A stretch of DNA of 64,000 bases from Burkholderiales bacterium (GCA_046598945.1 JBKJHT010000121.1:6862-70861), one strand, 5' to 3'; positions 29,798 to 39,949 are shown, numbered from the stretch's first letter. Program-made: numbers and translations. The notes: generated from the sequence alone by a model not told the origin.

Positions 29798-30508
29798 TTA
29801 AGCCGTGCGATTCACGCGCCGTACGGTTTTCGCGGGAAGTTGTTTGTTCTGATTGAGATGTTGTTCCAAGCGGCCGGCCAATACATCGGATGCATGCGCG
29901 ATATGATGCCGGGCAATGCGCTCGGCTTTGGCGGCCTCGCCGGAGATGATGGCGTTTAGGATTGCTTCGTGCTGATCCCAGATTTCACCCGGCGTTTCTT
30001 CGCGCAACACCGCGGCCATCACTCGCCGCAAATAGTTCCAGTGCGGCGTGCAAATCTCGCCAATCAGCGGATTTCCGGAAAGACGGTAAAGAAAATAATG
30101 AAATTCCATATCAGCGATAGTCATCTGCGCGATGGAGCGATTTTTCACAGCCGTCCGGCCGCGGGCGAGATAAGGAGGGCCTTCTTTTTTGGCAACGTTC
30201 GCAGCAACCTCGGCAACCTTGGCGCTGGCGAGTCCGTCGAGCATTGCTCGCACTTCGAGAAGATTACGCACATGGGCGGGATCGAGTGGCGCGACCATCA
30301 AGCCGCGCCCCGGGGCATCGCGCAATAACCCACGGCTACGTAATAAGAGTAGCGCCTGTTGCACCGGCTGACGCGATACGCCCAGCGTTTCGGCTAGTTC
30401 TTCTTGAATTAAACGGCTGTCAAGCCCAAGCCGTCCTTCGATGATTTCCGTAAGGATCGATTCGTAAACTTGGTCGACTAACGTGGGTTGAGGGGTGAGC
30501 GTGCGCAA
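29798..30508 (-). CDS. GntR/FadR-family (FCD) transcriptional regulator
   Basis: LIQEELAETLGVSRQPVQQAL HTH; FCD motifs DMEFH, SGNP, HEAIL. Confidence 0.93.
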   Translation of the reverse strand: MRTLTPQPTLVDQVYESILTEIIEGRLGLDSRLIQEELAETLGVSRQPVQQALLLLRSRGLLRDAPGRGLMVAPLDPAHVRNLLEVRAMLDGLASAKVAEVAANVAKKEGPPYLARGRTAVKNRSIAQMTIADMEFHYFLYRLSGNPLIGEICTPHWNYLRRVMAAVLREETPGEIWDQHEAILNAIISGEAAKAERIARHHIAHASDVLAGRLEQHLNQNKQLPAKTVRRVNRTA

Positions 30509-30544
30509 AGCCGTCGAACTCGATGAAAAAAAGTGATGATCATG

Positions 30545-30573
30545 AGTTTAGCATTCTGAATTCAGCATTCCAA
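30545..30573 (-). promoter_or_regulatory. Sigma70-type promoter of the gntR operon with overlapping palindromic operator
   Basis: Minus strand TTGGAA-17 nt-TAAACT; operator GCATTCTGAATTCAGCATTC at 30551-30570. Confidence 0.72.
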
Positions 30574-31001
30574 TAGCGCCGATAGATATTTTTAGTAAGT
30601 GCTTGGGCGGGTTCGATGCGATGAAACAAACATCGGACGAAGCGCTACTGAAAGAGCCGTTTCAGCCAAGAGCCGATAACGGCGATCTCGTCCATCACTT
30701 CCGTTTGCGAAGCGGCGCGAGGCGCCTGCTTGCCTATTCTTGCGGGCCAGGTGCGCTTCCCGCACTAGATCGCGGGTTCGCATGTCGACCATGAGAATCG
30801 CAGTATCGGTTGTGTGTATTAGTGCGAGCCGCGAGTTTCAAAAATGCAATTACCTGTAAACCTAGACCTACTTGATTACGATTTAAAATCAGGTGTTTAA
30901 GTAGAAGATCGCAATCGATTCTCACGGCTGACCAGCGTTTATTCATTACCAAAAGCGTGGGTAAGGGTGTTGTCCCAGCTTAGTGAAATGAATGATAATC
31001 A

Positions 31002-32443
31002 TCTAGCCGGTCGCCACGCCACGAGGTGGTGGGGTTAAAGTCAAGGGCGGACGAAATACTGACAACCCTTAAGGAGGCCAGCGTGAACAAGTTTATCGGA
31101 ATTGATTTACATTCGAACAACAGCGTGATTGTTGTGACCGACGAAGAGGATCGAGTGGTGTTTCAGAAACGACTGCCCAATCGACCTACAACTGGTATTG
31201 ACTAGAGGACGGATTGATCGACGCCGGTTATCGGGTACATCTGGCACACTGTAGCGCCATCAAGAAATACGAAGGCTTAAAGTACAGCAGTGATATTGCC
31301 GATGCCGCCTACTTGGCGCACGTACTGCGATTGGGATTGCTGCCCGAGGGCTACATCCTTCCGCGCGAACAACGCGCCGCCCGCGACTTAGCTCGAAAAC
31401 GCATGCAACTGGTTCGATGTCAGACGGCACAGATTTTGGCGATCGAAAGCATCATGGCACGCCAGACCGGTGGCCGAATGAAGTGTGCCGCGATCAAACA
31501 ACTCACCACCGAGCAAGTCAGCGCATTGGGTTTTGAATCCGATGTGAGTAGCCATCGAATCCAACCGCGCCGTGAGCCAGGTCCTGCAGCAGCAAATCTT
31601 GATGCTGGAGAAACGCTTACACGAGTGCGTCAAATTGCGCCCGGACTACCATCTACTCAAGATCGTGCCGGGTATCGGCGACATCCTGGCCACGGTCACC
31701 ATGCTCGAGACCGGCTCGGTGAGCCGCTTTGCCCAGGTCGGCAACTTCAGCTCCCCGCTGCGTTGCCACGTTACGGGAAAGCAACGGCAAGAAGAAAGGC
31801 GAAGGCAATGGCAACCAATATCTCTCCTGGGCGTTTGTCGAGGGCGCTAACTTTTGCCTGCGCTATTGTCCGCCGGCGAGAGCCTTCTATGAACGCAAGA
31901 AGCACGAGAGCAATCGCGTTGTAGCGCTCAAAGCATTAGCGCATAAACTGGCGCGGGCGTGTTTCCACATCCTGCGGGAACAAAAGCCCTTTGATGTGCA
32001 TCGTTGCTTTGCGTAACGGTTTGGCGAAAGACGGCGGGCCAGTAACTTGACTGGCCTTCAACCATCGCGAATGATTAGACGCTGTCTTTGTGCCTTCCGA
32101 TTGAATTCTGAATCGCCCAAGTTGTGAGCCACCCAAGAACTGGCGTCGTAACCGCGACAACCACGTCGAATGCGATGAACGCATTTGGATATACTTTGGC
32201 GCCAACGTTTCTCTGGGGCGGCAACGGCCGCCAAGGCAGTCGCCGTCTATCGCGACACGCTTGATCCCGACGGGTGTCTGGCGCGATTTAGGTCGCAGCT
32301 GGCAGAGTGAAAAACCGGGCGCAACGCAAACGGAACGAAGATGCACTAAAGTGTGAGTAGTGAGCAGTTCGTACTTCGTCGCAACGCAAATCGCGTTGCA
32401 CGGTATTGCTTTGGTCCGTGACTCCGGCCGGCCAATGGGTGTC
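31002..32443 (+). mobile_element. Decayed IS110-family element (ends inferred)
   Basis: Contains the transposase pseudogene; putative TC core at both ends; imperfect subterminal inverted repeat GCCGGTCG / CGGCCGGC; long structured 3' non-coding region. Confidence 0.65.
31083..32016 (+). pseudogene. IS110-family DEDD recombinase, disrupted
   Basis: FIGIDLHSNN start; STYNWY then a premature stop; GLKYSSDIADA; VPGIGDILA; RESNGKKKGEG spread over three frames, with an internal deletion. Confidence 0.92.
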
Positions 32444-32630
32444 GGGTTTGTAAGCATTCTGTGAGTTCGAGTTGTAACTCCTGAAAGTCCACAATGGGTC
32501 GACGTGGCGCTGTCGAATGGCGAGTCTAGAAAATAGTGGCCGTCTCGTATCCCGGCTGACGGGCTAAATTGATTTCAACACTTTAACTGAACGGCTAGCA
32601 CTTGAAGGGGGAGGAGGCAGTTTGTGTACG

Positions 32631-34043
32631 TTATCGAACTACGATCACGATGGTCGAATCGCCGCGCAGAATATATAAGCCTACTTGGCCTTCAATTGAG
32701 CGTAGCAACCCAGTCAGATCTTTAATCGATCGCGTTTTCTTCCGATTGACGCCCAAGATAATATCGCCGGGGCGCAAACCGTGTTCCCACGCCGGGCTGC
32801 GCGGTTCGATACCGACGACGATGACGCCTTCGATGCGTCCGTACATCGGCATGCCGCGCACGATGTTGGAGACGGCGGCGCCGGCTAATTGCGGCACGCT
32901 TTCGCCGCTGGCGCCGAGGACTTCGTAGGGGCGTTCGACTTTTACTTTGGCGATTTTGGTGGCGTCGCCGCGCAGATATTTGAACTCGACCTGTTCGCCG
33001 ACGGGAACGAGCCCAATGCGGTTGCGCACATCGAAAGAACCGCGGATCGGTTTGCCGTTTACGCTGATGATGACGTCGCGTGGCTTGAGTCCGGCTTTTT
33101 CGGCAGGAGAATCGGGTTCGACGTTAGTTACAACCGCGCACGGGGTGTTGGCGCCTACCTTCAACGCCTTGGCGAGATCGGGCGTGACATCTTGTGTTTC
33201 CAAGCCGACTCGGCCGCGTCGCACCTCGCCGTTTTTCACCAATTGATGCATGACTTGTTTCGCCATGTTGGTGGGTACAGCGAAGCCGATGCCGACGTTG
33301 CCACCGGACGGGCCGATGATGGCGGTGTTGATGCCGATTAGGTGACCGTTGAGATCGATTAACGCGCCGCCGGAATTGCCGGGATTGATCGAGGCGTCGG
33401 TCTGGATGAAATCTTCATATCCTTCGATGTTGAGCCCCGTGCGGCCGAGCGCGCTGACGATGCCTGATGTGACCGTTTGGCCGAGGCTGAATGGATTACC
33501 GATGGCGACGACGAAGTCGCCGACATTGAGTGCATCAGAATCGCCGATCGGGATGGCGGTGAGGTCTTTCGCGTCGATCTTAAGCAACGCGATGTCAGTG
33601 CCCGGATCGGTGCCGACTAATTTCGCTTCGAGCTGGCGGCGATCTTTTAACGTCACCAAAATTTGCTGAGCGTTTTTGATGACGTGATTGTTGGTCAGCA
33701 CATAACCTTTCGCCGCATCGACGATCACGCCGGAACCGGCGCTGACTTGCGGCGCGCGCTTTTCCGGTACATCGAAGAAGCGCCGGAAAAATGGATCGCG
33801 AAAAAGCGGATTGTCTTCGATCGCCGATTTCGACAGCACGGAAATATTCACCACGGCGGGCGAGACTTCTTTGATTAGTGGCGCGAGGGACGGCAACCCC
33901 GCGCTGCCAACAGCCACAGGTAGCGCGGCGCTCGCGATGCCATGGCTGAGAGCCAATATCCATGCCGCTCTCCAGGTACTTTTTTTGAGACTAAAGATGC
34001 AGTAAATTACGCGCTTCCCAATCGACTTGAAATTCGTTAGCAT
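32631..34043 (-). CDS. Do/DegP/DegQ-family serine endoprotease with two PDZ domains
   Basis: [23 protein letters not shown]; two PDZ repeats. Confidence 0.95.
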   Translation of the reverse strand: MLTNFKSIGKRVIYCIFSLKKSTWRAAWILALSHGIASAALPVAVGSAGLPSLAPLIKEVSPAVVNISVLSKSAIEDNPLFRDPFFRRFFDVPEKRAPQVSAGSGVIVDAAKGYVLTNNHVIKNAQQILVTLKDRRQLEAKLVGTDPGTDIALLKIDAKDLTAIPIGDSDALNVGDFVVAIGNPFSLGQTVTSGIVSALGRTGLNIEGYEDFIQTDASINPGNSGGALIDLNGHLIGINTAIIGPSGGNVGIGFAVPTNMAKQVMHQLVKNGEVRRGRVGLETQDVTPDLAKALKVGANTPCAVVTNVEPDSPAEKAGLKPRDVIISVNGKPIRGSFDVRNRIGLVPVGEQVEFKYLRGDATKIAKVKVERPYEVLGASGESVPQLAGAAVSNIVRGMPMYGRIEGVIVVGIEPRSPAWEHGLRPGDIILGVNRKKTRSIKDLTGLLRSIEGQVGLYILRGDSTIVIVVR

Positions 34044-34127
34044 TGCCTCAATCTAACTTCATCAGTAAACCGAATAACAGTAACATGGCGATTCGGTGCC
34101 ATTTTTTCAATTCCCGAGGAAGTCCCC

Positions 34128-34454
34128 ATGAACGAACATATTCACCAAGTAACCGACGACAGTTTTCAGGCCGACGTATTGAATTCCGACACGCCCGTGT
34201 TGGTAGATTATTGGGCCGAGTGGTGCGGACCGTGCAAGAGCATCGCGCCGATCCTGGACGAAGTGGCGAAAGAATATGCCGGCAAGATCAAAGTAATGAA
34301 ACTCAATATCGACGAGAACCAAGATACGCCGCGTAAATTCGGCGTGCGCGGTATTCCGACGTTGATGTTGTTCAAGAACGGCAGCGTGGAAGCACAGAAG
34401 GTTGGCGCGTTGTCAAAATCGCAACTTTCTGCCTTTATTGACAGCAGCATCTAA
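34128..34454 (+). CDS. trxA: Thioredoxin
   Basis: WCGPC, RGIPTL; 108 aa; upstream of rho. Confidence 0.97.
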   Translation: MNEHIHQVTDDSFQADVLNSDTPVLVDYWAEWCGPCKSIAPILDEVAKEYAGKIKVMKLNIDENQDTPRKFGVRGIPTLMLFKNGSVEAQKVGALSKSQLSAFIDSSI

Positions 34455-34572
34455 ACTCAGTATTGTCCTGATTCAAAGCAGGTCTGCAGGCATCAGGCAG
34501 ACGGCACGTCTGTCTGGTTCCTGTTCTCTTTCCCCAATTTTTCCCTTTTGAACCGATAAGCGGTTAAATCGC

Positions 34573-35832
34573 ATGCACCTATCAGATTTAAAAACCCACC
34601 ATGTGACCGAGTTGGTCAACATGGCCGTCGAGAATCAAATCGACGGCGCCAATCGCCTGCGTAAACAAGAGCTCATTTTCGCGCTACTGAAAAACCAGGC
34701 GAAGCGTGGCGAGAGCATTTTTGGCGAGGGCACGCTGGAGGTGCTGCAAGATGGCTTCGGATTTTTGCGCTCGCCCGATACCTCCTATCTCGCCAGCCCG
34801 GACGATATTTACGTCAGCCCATCGCAGATTCGCCGCTTCAATCTGCACACCGGCGATTCGATCGAAGGCGAGATTCGCATCCCGAAAGACGGCGAGCGCT
34901 ATTTCGCGTTAGTCAAAGTCGATACCGTCAACGGTGAGGCGCCGGAAGTCTCGAAAGGTAAAATTCTTTTTGAGAATTTAACGCCACTACACCCCACTGA
35001 ACCGCTTAAGCTGGAACGCGATATCAAGTCCGAGGAAAACATAACCGGCCGTATTATCGACATCATCGCGCCGATCGGCAAAGGCCAACGCGGCTTGCTC
35101 GTTTCGCCGCCGAAAGCCGGTAAGACCGTGATGCTGCAACACATTGCCCATTCCATCACGGCTAATCATCCAGAAGTTCACCTCATGGTGCTGCTGATCG
35201 ACGAGCGTCCGGAGGAAGTCACCGAGATGAGTCGCACGGTGAAAGGTGAAGTCATTGCCTCGACGTTCGACGAACCGGCGACGCGTCATGTGCAAGTGGC
35301 GGAAATGGTGATCGAAAAAGCAAAGCGTTTAGTCGAACACAAAAAAGATGTGGTCATTTTGCTCGACTCAATTACGCGTTTAGCGCGTGCCTACAACACC
35401 GTCGTGCCCGCTTCCGGCAAGGTGTTGACCGGCGGTGTCGACGCCAACGCATTACAGCGGCCCAAGCGATTTTTCGGCGCCGCGCGCAATATTGAAGAGG
35501 GCGGTTCGCTCACCATCATCGCCACGGCGCTGATCGAAACCGGCTCGCGCATGGACGATGTGATCTACGAAGAATTCAAAGGCACCGGCAATATGGAAAT
35601 TCATATCGACCGGCGCATGGCGGAAAAACGTATTTATCCGGCTATCAACGTCAATCGCTCCGGCACGCGGCGCGAAGAATTGCTGATCGAAAAAGAGATC
35701 CTGCAAAAGATTTGGGTATTGCGTAAATTGCTCTACCCGATGGACGATCTGGAAGCGATGGAATTTCTTCTCGATAAGGTCAAGGCGACCAAGAACAACA
35801 ACGACTTCTTTGACTCCATGCGACGCGCTTAA
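34573..35832 (+). CDS. rho: Transcription termination factor Rho
   Basis: [35 protein letters not shown]; 419 aa. Confidence 0.99.
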   Translation: MHLSDLKTHHVTELVNMAVENQIDGANRLRKQELIFALLKNQAKRGESIFGEGTLEVLQDGFGFLRSPDTSYLASPDDIYVSPSQIRRFNLHTGDSIEGEIRIPKDGERYFALVKVDTVNGEAPEVSKGKILFENLTPLHPTEPLKLERDIKSEENITGRIIDIIAPIGKGQRGLLVSPPKAGKTVMLQHIAHSITANHPEVHLMVLLIDERPEEVTEMSRTVKGEVIASTFDEPATRHVQVAEMVIEKAKRLVEHKKDVVILLDSITRLARAYNTVVPASGKVLTGGVDANALQRPKRFFGAARNIEEGGSLTIIATALIETGSRMDDVIYEEFKGTGNMEIHIDRRMAEKRIYPAINVNRSGTRREELLIEKEILQKIWVLRKLLYPMDDLEAMEFLLDKVKATKNNNDFFDSMRRA

Positions 35833-35878
35833 ACTTTTTCCCAAAGTCTCTACCCCTCGTCCCTAGCCCGTATTCCCC

Positions 35879-36277
35879 ATGGCCGACAAAGTCATCAAAT
35901 CCGACACAGAATGGGCGGCGCAGTTGACGCCAACTCAGTATAAAGTTACGCGTAAACACGGCACCGAGCCCGCCTTCAGCGGTGAGCATCACGACAGCAA
36001 AGTTTCCGGCACCTACACCTGTATTTGCTGTGGTAATCCGTTATTCAGTTCCGACGCTAAATTCGATTCTGGCACCGGTTGGCCGAGCTATTGGCAGCCG
36101 CTTGCACCGGATGTTGTCTCGGAACATGAGGACAACAGTTTTTTCATGCGCCGCACGGAAGTGTTGTGTAGCCGCTGTGATGCGCATTTAGGGCACGTGT
36201 TCGAAGACGGCCCAGCGCCGACCGGACTGCGTTATTGCATGAACTCGGCGGCGCTCAAGCTCGAAAAGAGCAAGTAA
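35879..36277 (+). CDS. msrB: Methionine-R-sulfoxide reductase
   Basis: [32 protein letters not shown]; two CxxC zinc pairs. Confidence 0.97.
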   Translation: MADKVIKSDTEWAAQLTPTQYKVTRKHGTEPAFSGEHHDSKVSGTYTCICCGNPLFSSDAKFDSGTGWPSYWQPLAPDVVSEHEDNSFFMRRTEVLCSRCDAHLGHVFEDGPAPTGLRYCMNSAALKLEKSK

Positions 36278-36378
36278 TTCCCTACCTTGCTCGGGTGGGG
36301 ATGGGTCACGCATTCCGCAAAGCATCATATAATCCCGCTTTAATTTATTCATTTCGCGCCGCAACGACGACGACCTAG

Positions 36379-37470
36379 GTGGCCATGCTCATGAACGACC
36401 CACTCAAAAAATACAATACAGATGACCTACGTATTAAAGAAATCAAGGAGCTTTCGCCGCCGAGCCATATTCTGCGCGAGTTTCCGTTGTCGCCGAACGC
36501 CGCCGAGACCACCTTTGAGGCGCGCCAAGCGATCCATCGTATTCTGCACGGCGCCGATGATCGGCTGCTCGTTGTCATCGGGCCTTGTTCGATTCATAAC
36601 GTGACGGCCGCTCAGGAATATTCGGTACGATTACTTGAGCAAAAACGTGCTCTGGAAAAGGATCTGTTAGTCGTCATGCGTGTTTATTTTGAAAAGCCGC
36701 GCACCACGGTGGGTTGGAAAGGATTGATTAACGATCCGGATCTGGATGGCAGCTTCCAGATCAACAAAGGTCTGCGCACGGCGCGCCGACTGCTGCTCGA
36801 ATTAAACGAGCAGGGCATGCCTGCCGCGACCGAATACCTTGACATGATTTCCCCGCAATACGTCGCCGACCTCATCAGTTGGGGCGCCATCGGCGCGCGC
36901 ACCACCGAGAGCCAAGTGCATCGCGAGTTGGCGTCTGGATTGTCGTGCCCCGTCGGGTTCAAAAATGGCACGGACGGCAATCTCAAAATCGCCGTCGACG
37001 CCATTCGCGCATCGCAGGGCGCCCATCATTTTCTATCGGTCACGAAAGCCGGACATTCCGCTATCGTATCGACGACCGGCAATGAAGATACCCACATCAT
37101 TTTACGCGGCGGCAAACTACCGAATTATGACGCGGCCAGCGTCGCGGCGGCCGCTCAGGAACTCGGCAAAGCCGGCCTTGCGGCACGGGTAATGATCGAC
37201 ATGAGCCACGCCAACAGCTCGAAGGACTATGCGCGCCAGATGGTCGTTGCCGATGATATCGCGACGCAAATCGGTGGCGGCGACGATCGCATTTTCGGCG
37301 TCATGGTCGAGAGTCATTTAAATCCCGGTCGCCAAGATCTTGTGCCCGGCAAAGAACTCGTTTACGGCCAGAGCATCACCGATGCGTGCATCGGCTGGGA
37401 CGACAGCGCGGCGATGCTGCAAACGCTCGCCGCGGCCGTTCGCGCGCGCCGCCTGGCGCTCGCGAGCTAG
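36379..37470 (+). CDS. aroG: Class I DAHP synthase (AroG/F/H type)
   Basis: DDLRI, GPCSIH, RVYFEKPRTTVGWKG, IGARTTESQ, SITDAC. Confidence 0.93.
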   Translation: MAMLMNDPLKKYNTDDLRIKEIKELSPPSHILREFPLSPNAAETTFEARQAIHRILHGADDRLLVVIGPCSIHNVTAAQEYSVRLLEQKRALEKDLLVVMRVYFEKPRTTVGWKGLINDPDLDGSFQINKGLRTARRLLLELNEQGMPAATEYLDMISPQYVADLISWGAIGARTTESQVHRELASGLSCPVGFKNGTDGNLKIAVDAIRASQGAHHFLSVTKAGHSAIVSTTGNEDTHIILRGGKLPNYDAASVAAAAQELGKAGLAARVMIDMSHANSSKDYARQMVVADDIATQIGGGDDRIFGVMVESHLNPGRQDLVPGKELVYGQSITDACIGWDDSAAMLQTLAAAVRARRLALAS

Positions 37471-38432
37471 TCCGCGTAACGCGTATCAAGCGCAAGAATA
37501 ATTTCTTTAAACACCTTGCCTGGGGCCTTTGCTGTGCTTGGCTGGCCCTAGGCCAGTGCCTAGCCTATGGCTACCCGATTCTGGCAGGGCATGCCCTGGA
37601 GGCCATACCGCGGTTGGCGCTTGGCGATGATGGCCATGAAATAAAAATTCAGCAAGCGGCACAGCGCATCATCTCCCTCGCGCCGCATTTAACGGAATTA
37701 GTCTTTGCTGCCGGCGCCGGCCAAAAATTGATTGCCGTCAGCGCCTACAGCGATTTTCCCGAAGCGGCGAGATTGTTACCACAAGTGGGCGATGCCTCGA
37801 ATCTCGATCTCGAACGCATCGTCATGCTCAAACCGGATTTGGTGCTCGCCTGGAAAAGCAACATCAGCCCCTTCGCCGTCGAGCGCTTGCGTCGCCTTTC
37901 CATTCCCGTTTACGTCACGGAAACGCGCCGCCTGGTAGGCATTCCCGTGCTGTTGAAAAGCATGGGTACCCTGGCGGGAACGTCAGCCGTGTCCGAACTC
38001 GCCGCGAAGAATTTTGAAGATCAATTGCGCCAACTCCGGCAAACTGCCCGCGGCAAAATGATCGTTCCGACCTTCATCGAAATTTGGCACGATCCGCTGC
38101 TTAGTGTCAACGCAGCGCACGTGATGAGCGAAGTAGTGTCGCTATGTGGCGGGAAAAATATACTCGCCGAAGCGCCGATGTTAACCCCGAGCATCAGCCT
38201 GGAAACCTTGCTGGACGCCGATCCCGGCGCGATCATCGGCGGCGGATCGGCGGCGACGGCAGAAGATTTTTTCGGCGTGTGGAAAAAACATCCGAGACTC
38301 GATGCCGTGAAGCGCGGCAATATTTTCCACGTCAATCCGGATTGGATTCAGCGGGCGACGCCGCGGATTTTGCTGGGGGCGAAGGTGATTTGTGACGGGC
38401 TTAAGCAGGCGCGGATGAGTCTACTGAAATAA
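37386..38432 (+). CDS. BtuF-like cobalamin/helical-backbone periplasmic binding protein (start uncertain)
   Basis: RIISLAPHLTELVFAAGAG, YSDFP, LERIVMLKPDLVLAW, QRATPR. Confidence 0.85.
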   Translation: MHRLGRQRGDAANARRGRSRAPPGARELVRVTRIKRKNNFFKHLAWGLCCAWLALGQCLAYGYPILAGHALEAIPRLALGDDGHEIKIQQAAQRIISLAPHLTELVFAAGAGQKLIAVSAYSDFPEAARLLPQVGDASNLDLERIVMLKPDLVLAWKSNISPFAVERLRRLSIPVYVTETRRLVGIPVLLKSMGTLAGTSAVSELAAKNFEDQLRQLRQTARGKMIVPTFIEIWHDPLLSVNAAHVMSEVVSLCGGKNILAEAPMLTPSISLETLLDADPGAIIGGGSAATAEDFFGVWKKHPRLDAVKRGNIFHVNPDWIQRATPRILLGAKVICDGLKQARMSLLK

Positions 38433-38454
38433 TAGTGGACAGCGCGCACCGATT

Positions 38455-38535
38455 TGTCATTCCCGCGTACGCGGGAACCCATGCTGCCGTGCTTCTGCTA
38501 AAGCCCTATGGATTCCCGCCTACGCGCGAATGACA
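38455..38535. repeat. dRS3-like palindromic element, inverted pair
   Basis: TGTCATTCCCGCGTACGCGGGAACCCAT...ATGGATTCCCGCCTACGCGCGAATGACA, between convergent genes. Confidence 0.88.
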
Positions 38536-38560
38536 CAGTTGGAGATTTTAAGTTGTTACC

Positions 38561-39034
38561 TCAGCGTCCGCGCGGATCGTCGCTGGGATTGATATACTTA
38601 ATCCCGCTCTCGGGACCTTCGCCGCTTTCCTGAATGATGACTTCTTCATCCTTGGTGGCGCTGAAATGGCCGGTATTCGCCGGTGTGAAATAGAACGTGC
38701 CGGCGGGAAACGCCTGCAGCTGAGATTCGTCGAATGTATCGCCGATCGCGGAATAATAGGTGCCTTTGAGCACCGTCACCGTGCGCACATCGGGATGTTT
38801 GTGTGGTGGCAGTTTGTAGCCCGGCGGAAACTTGGCGCGGAAGATAAACGGCCCGGGCTTGTTCGGTGCGCCGTAGATCATCATGAATTGCATGGTTGGC
38901 GGAACCGTGGAATTGACCAGCCAATTTTCTTCACCGAGGGGAACGCTCGGCATAATCACGCGATCTTGCGCAAGGCAAGCGATGCTCAACACGATGAAAC
39001 TCAACCCGCAAATCCATTGTCGAATTTGAGTCAT
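38561..39034 (-). CDS. Exported cupin-domain protein
   Basis: PPHKHP...TVLKG and PAG...P..GH cupin motifs; signal peptide; start moved to ATG 39034. Confidence 0.85.
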   Translation of the reverse strand: MTQIRQWICGLSFIVLSIACLAQDRVIMPSVPLGEENWLVNSTVPPTMQFMMIYGAPNKPGPFIFRAKFPPGYKLPPHKHPDVRTVTVLKGTYYSAIGDTFDESQLQAFPAGTFYFTPANTGHFSATKDEEVIIQESGEGPESGIKYINPSDDPRGR

Positions 39035-39150
39035 GTTTAAGAAAGCTTTAATTAAACAATTTCCGGTTGTATTTTGCGATTGACATGCGCAATATAACAA
39101 ATTAGCGTTTATACCGATATGTTTACAACAAACCGCACGATGGAGTGTCG

Positions 39151-39816
39151 ATGAAATCAATTATCGTTGCCGTGTTGGCCGCAGCGCTTGCAAGCTGTGC
39201 CTCACAGGCGCCCAGCGCCTTGCCAAAGAAAACAGCGACCGCGCCCTATGGCACGGCGACCTTCAGTCCCTATGCCGACATCGACGAGGTGAAGCAGCTT
39301 AGGGCGGTGTACGACTTTTATTTTCCGAATCCCAATGGGGTGCCATTGGTGTTGTCCGCCATCAGTTCCTTGATGGCGCAGACCGCCGAATTCGGCCCCC
39401 ATGATTTCGAGCCGTTGAAAATCGTCGTGGTGTCCCACGGGCCTGAATTGGTCGTATTCGCGAAGCGCAACTATGCAAAGTATAAAGAAACGGTGGATCG
39501 CGCCGCGAGCTTAGCGCAACAAGGGGTGAAATTTGAGATTTGTCGCGGTGCGGCGGCGGCATTGAATTTTGTGCCGGAGGATTTTCACGGCTTCGCCGTC
39601 GTGGTGCCCTCCGGCCCCTACGCGTTGACCTATTGGCAAATGAAGGGCTATGGCCTCATTCCGGGCGGCTTGACCGACCCGCAGCGCTACACGAATGCGT
39701 TTAACAAAAACGATGTCCCACCGAAACCGAACGGCGAACGCACTTCCACTAAGGGGAATTTAAAGACCCGGTCCGCTGTTAGCTTTTACGGCGGTTTGCC
39801 CAGCGTAAGCGAATAA
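39151..39816 (+). CDS. DsrE/F-like lipoprotein
   Basis: Lipobox LASC; IVVVSHGPEL and GVKFEIC motifs; GGAG RBS. Confidence 0.75.
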   Translation: MKSIIVAVLAAALASCASQAPSALPKKTATAPYGTATFSPYADIDEVKQLRAVYDFYFPNPNGVPLVLSAISSLMAQTAEFGPHDFEPLKIVVVSHGPELVVFAKRNYAKYKETVDRAASLAQQGVKFEICRGAAAALNFVPEDFHGFAVVVPSGPYALTYWQMKGYGLIPGGLTDPQRYTNAFNKNDVPPKPNGERTSTKGNLKTRSAVSFYGGLPSVSE

Positions 39817-39949
39817 CGGTGATGGCTGCGCCGAGCAACAACACGCCGGACACTTGACCGATGCGCTCATCGGAATTGGCGAGGGCGAATACGCCGACGA
39901 CGGTGTACATATAGGGGGAGACTTCGTACCAGATTGTTTCGAGAGCCAT
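39779..39949 (-). CDS. Small (56 aa) two-helix membrane protein, not in the ORF track
   Basis: AAGGA RBS then MALETIWYEVSPYMYTVVGVFALANSDERIGQVSGVLLLGAAITVIRLRWANRRKS*. Confidence 0.75.
   Translation of the reverse strand: MALETIWYEVSPYMYTVVGVFALANSDERIGQVSGVLLLGAAITVIRLRWANRRKS

Noticed and set aside
30592..30952. Short ORFs between gntR and the IS110 element
   Set aside because: No RBS, motif or consistent frame; probably eroded non-coding DNA.
31936..32494. Minus-strand ORFs over the IS110 right end
   Set aside because: Better explained as the element's non-coding end.
26364..39120. Exact 13-mer TTTATACCGATAT at 26364 and 39108, both intergenic
   Set aside because: One such match among AT-rich gaps could arise by chance; it is not palindromic and there is no third copy.
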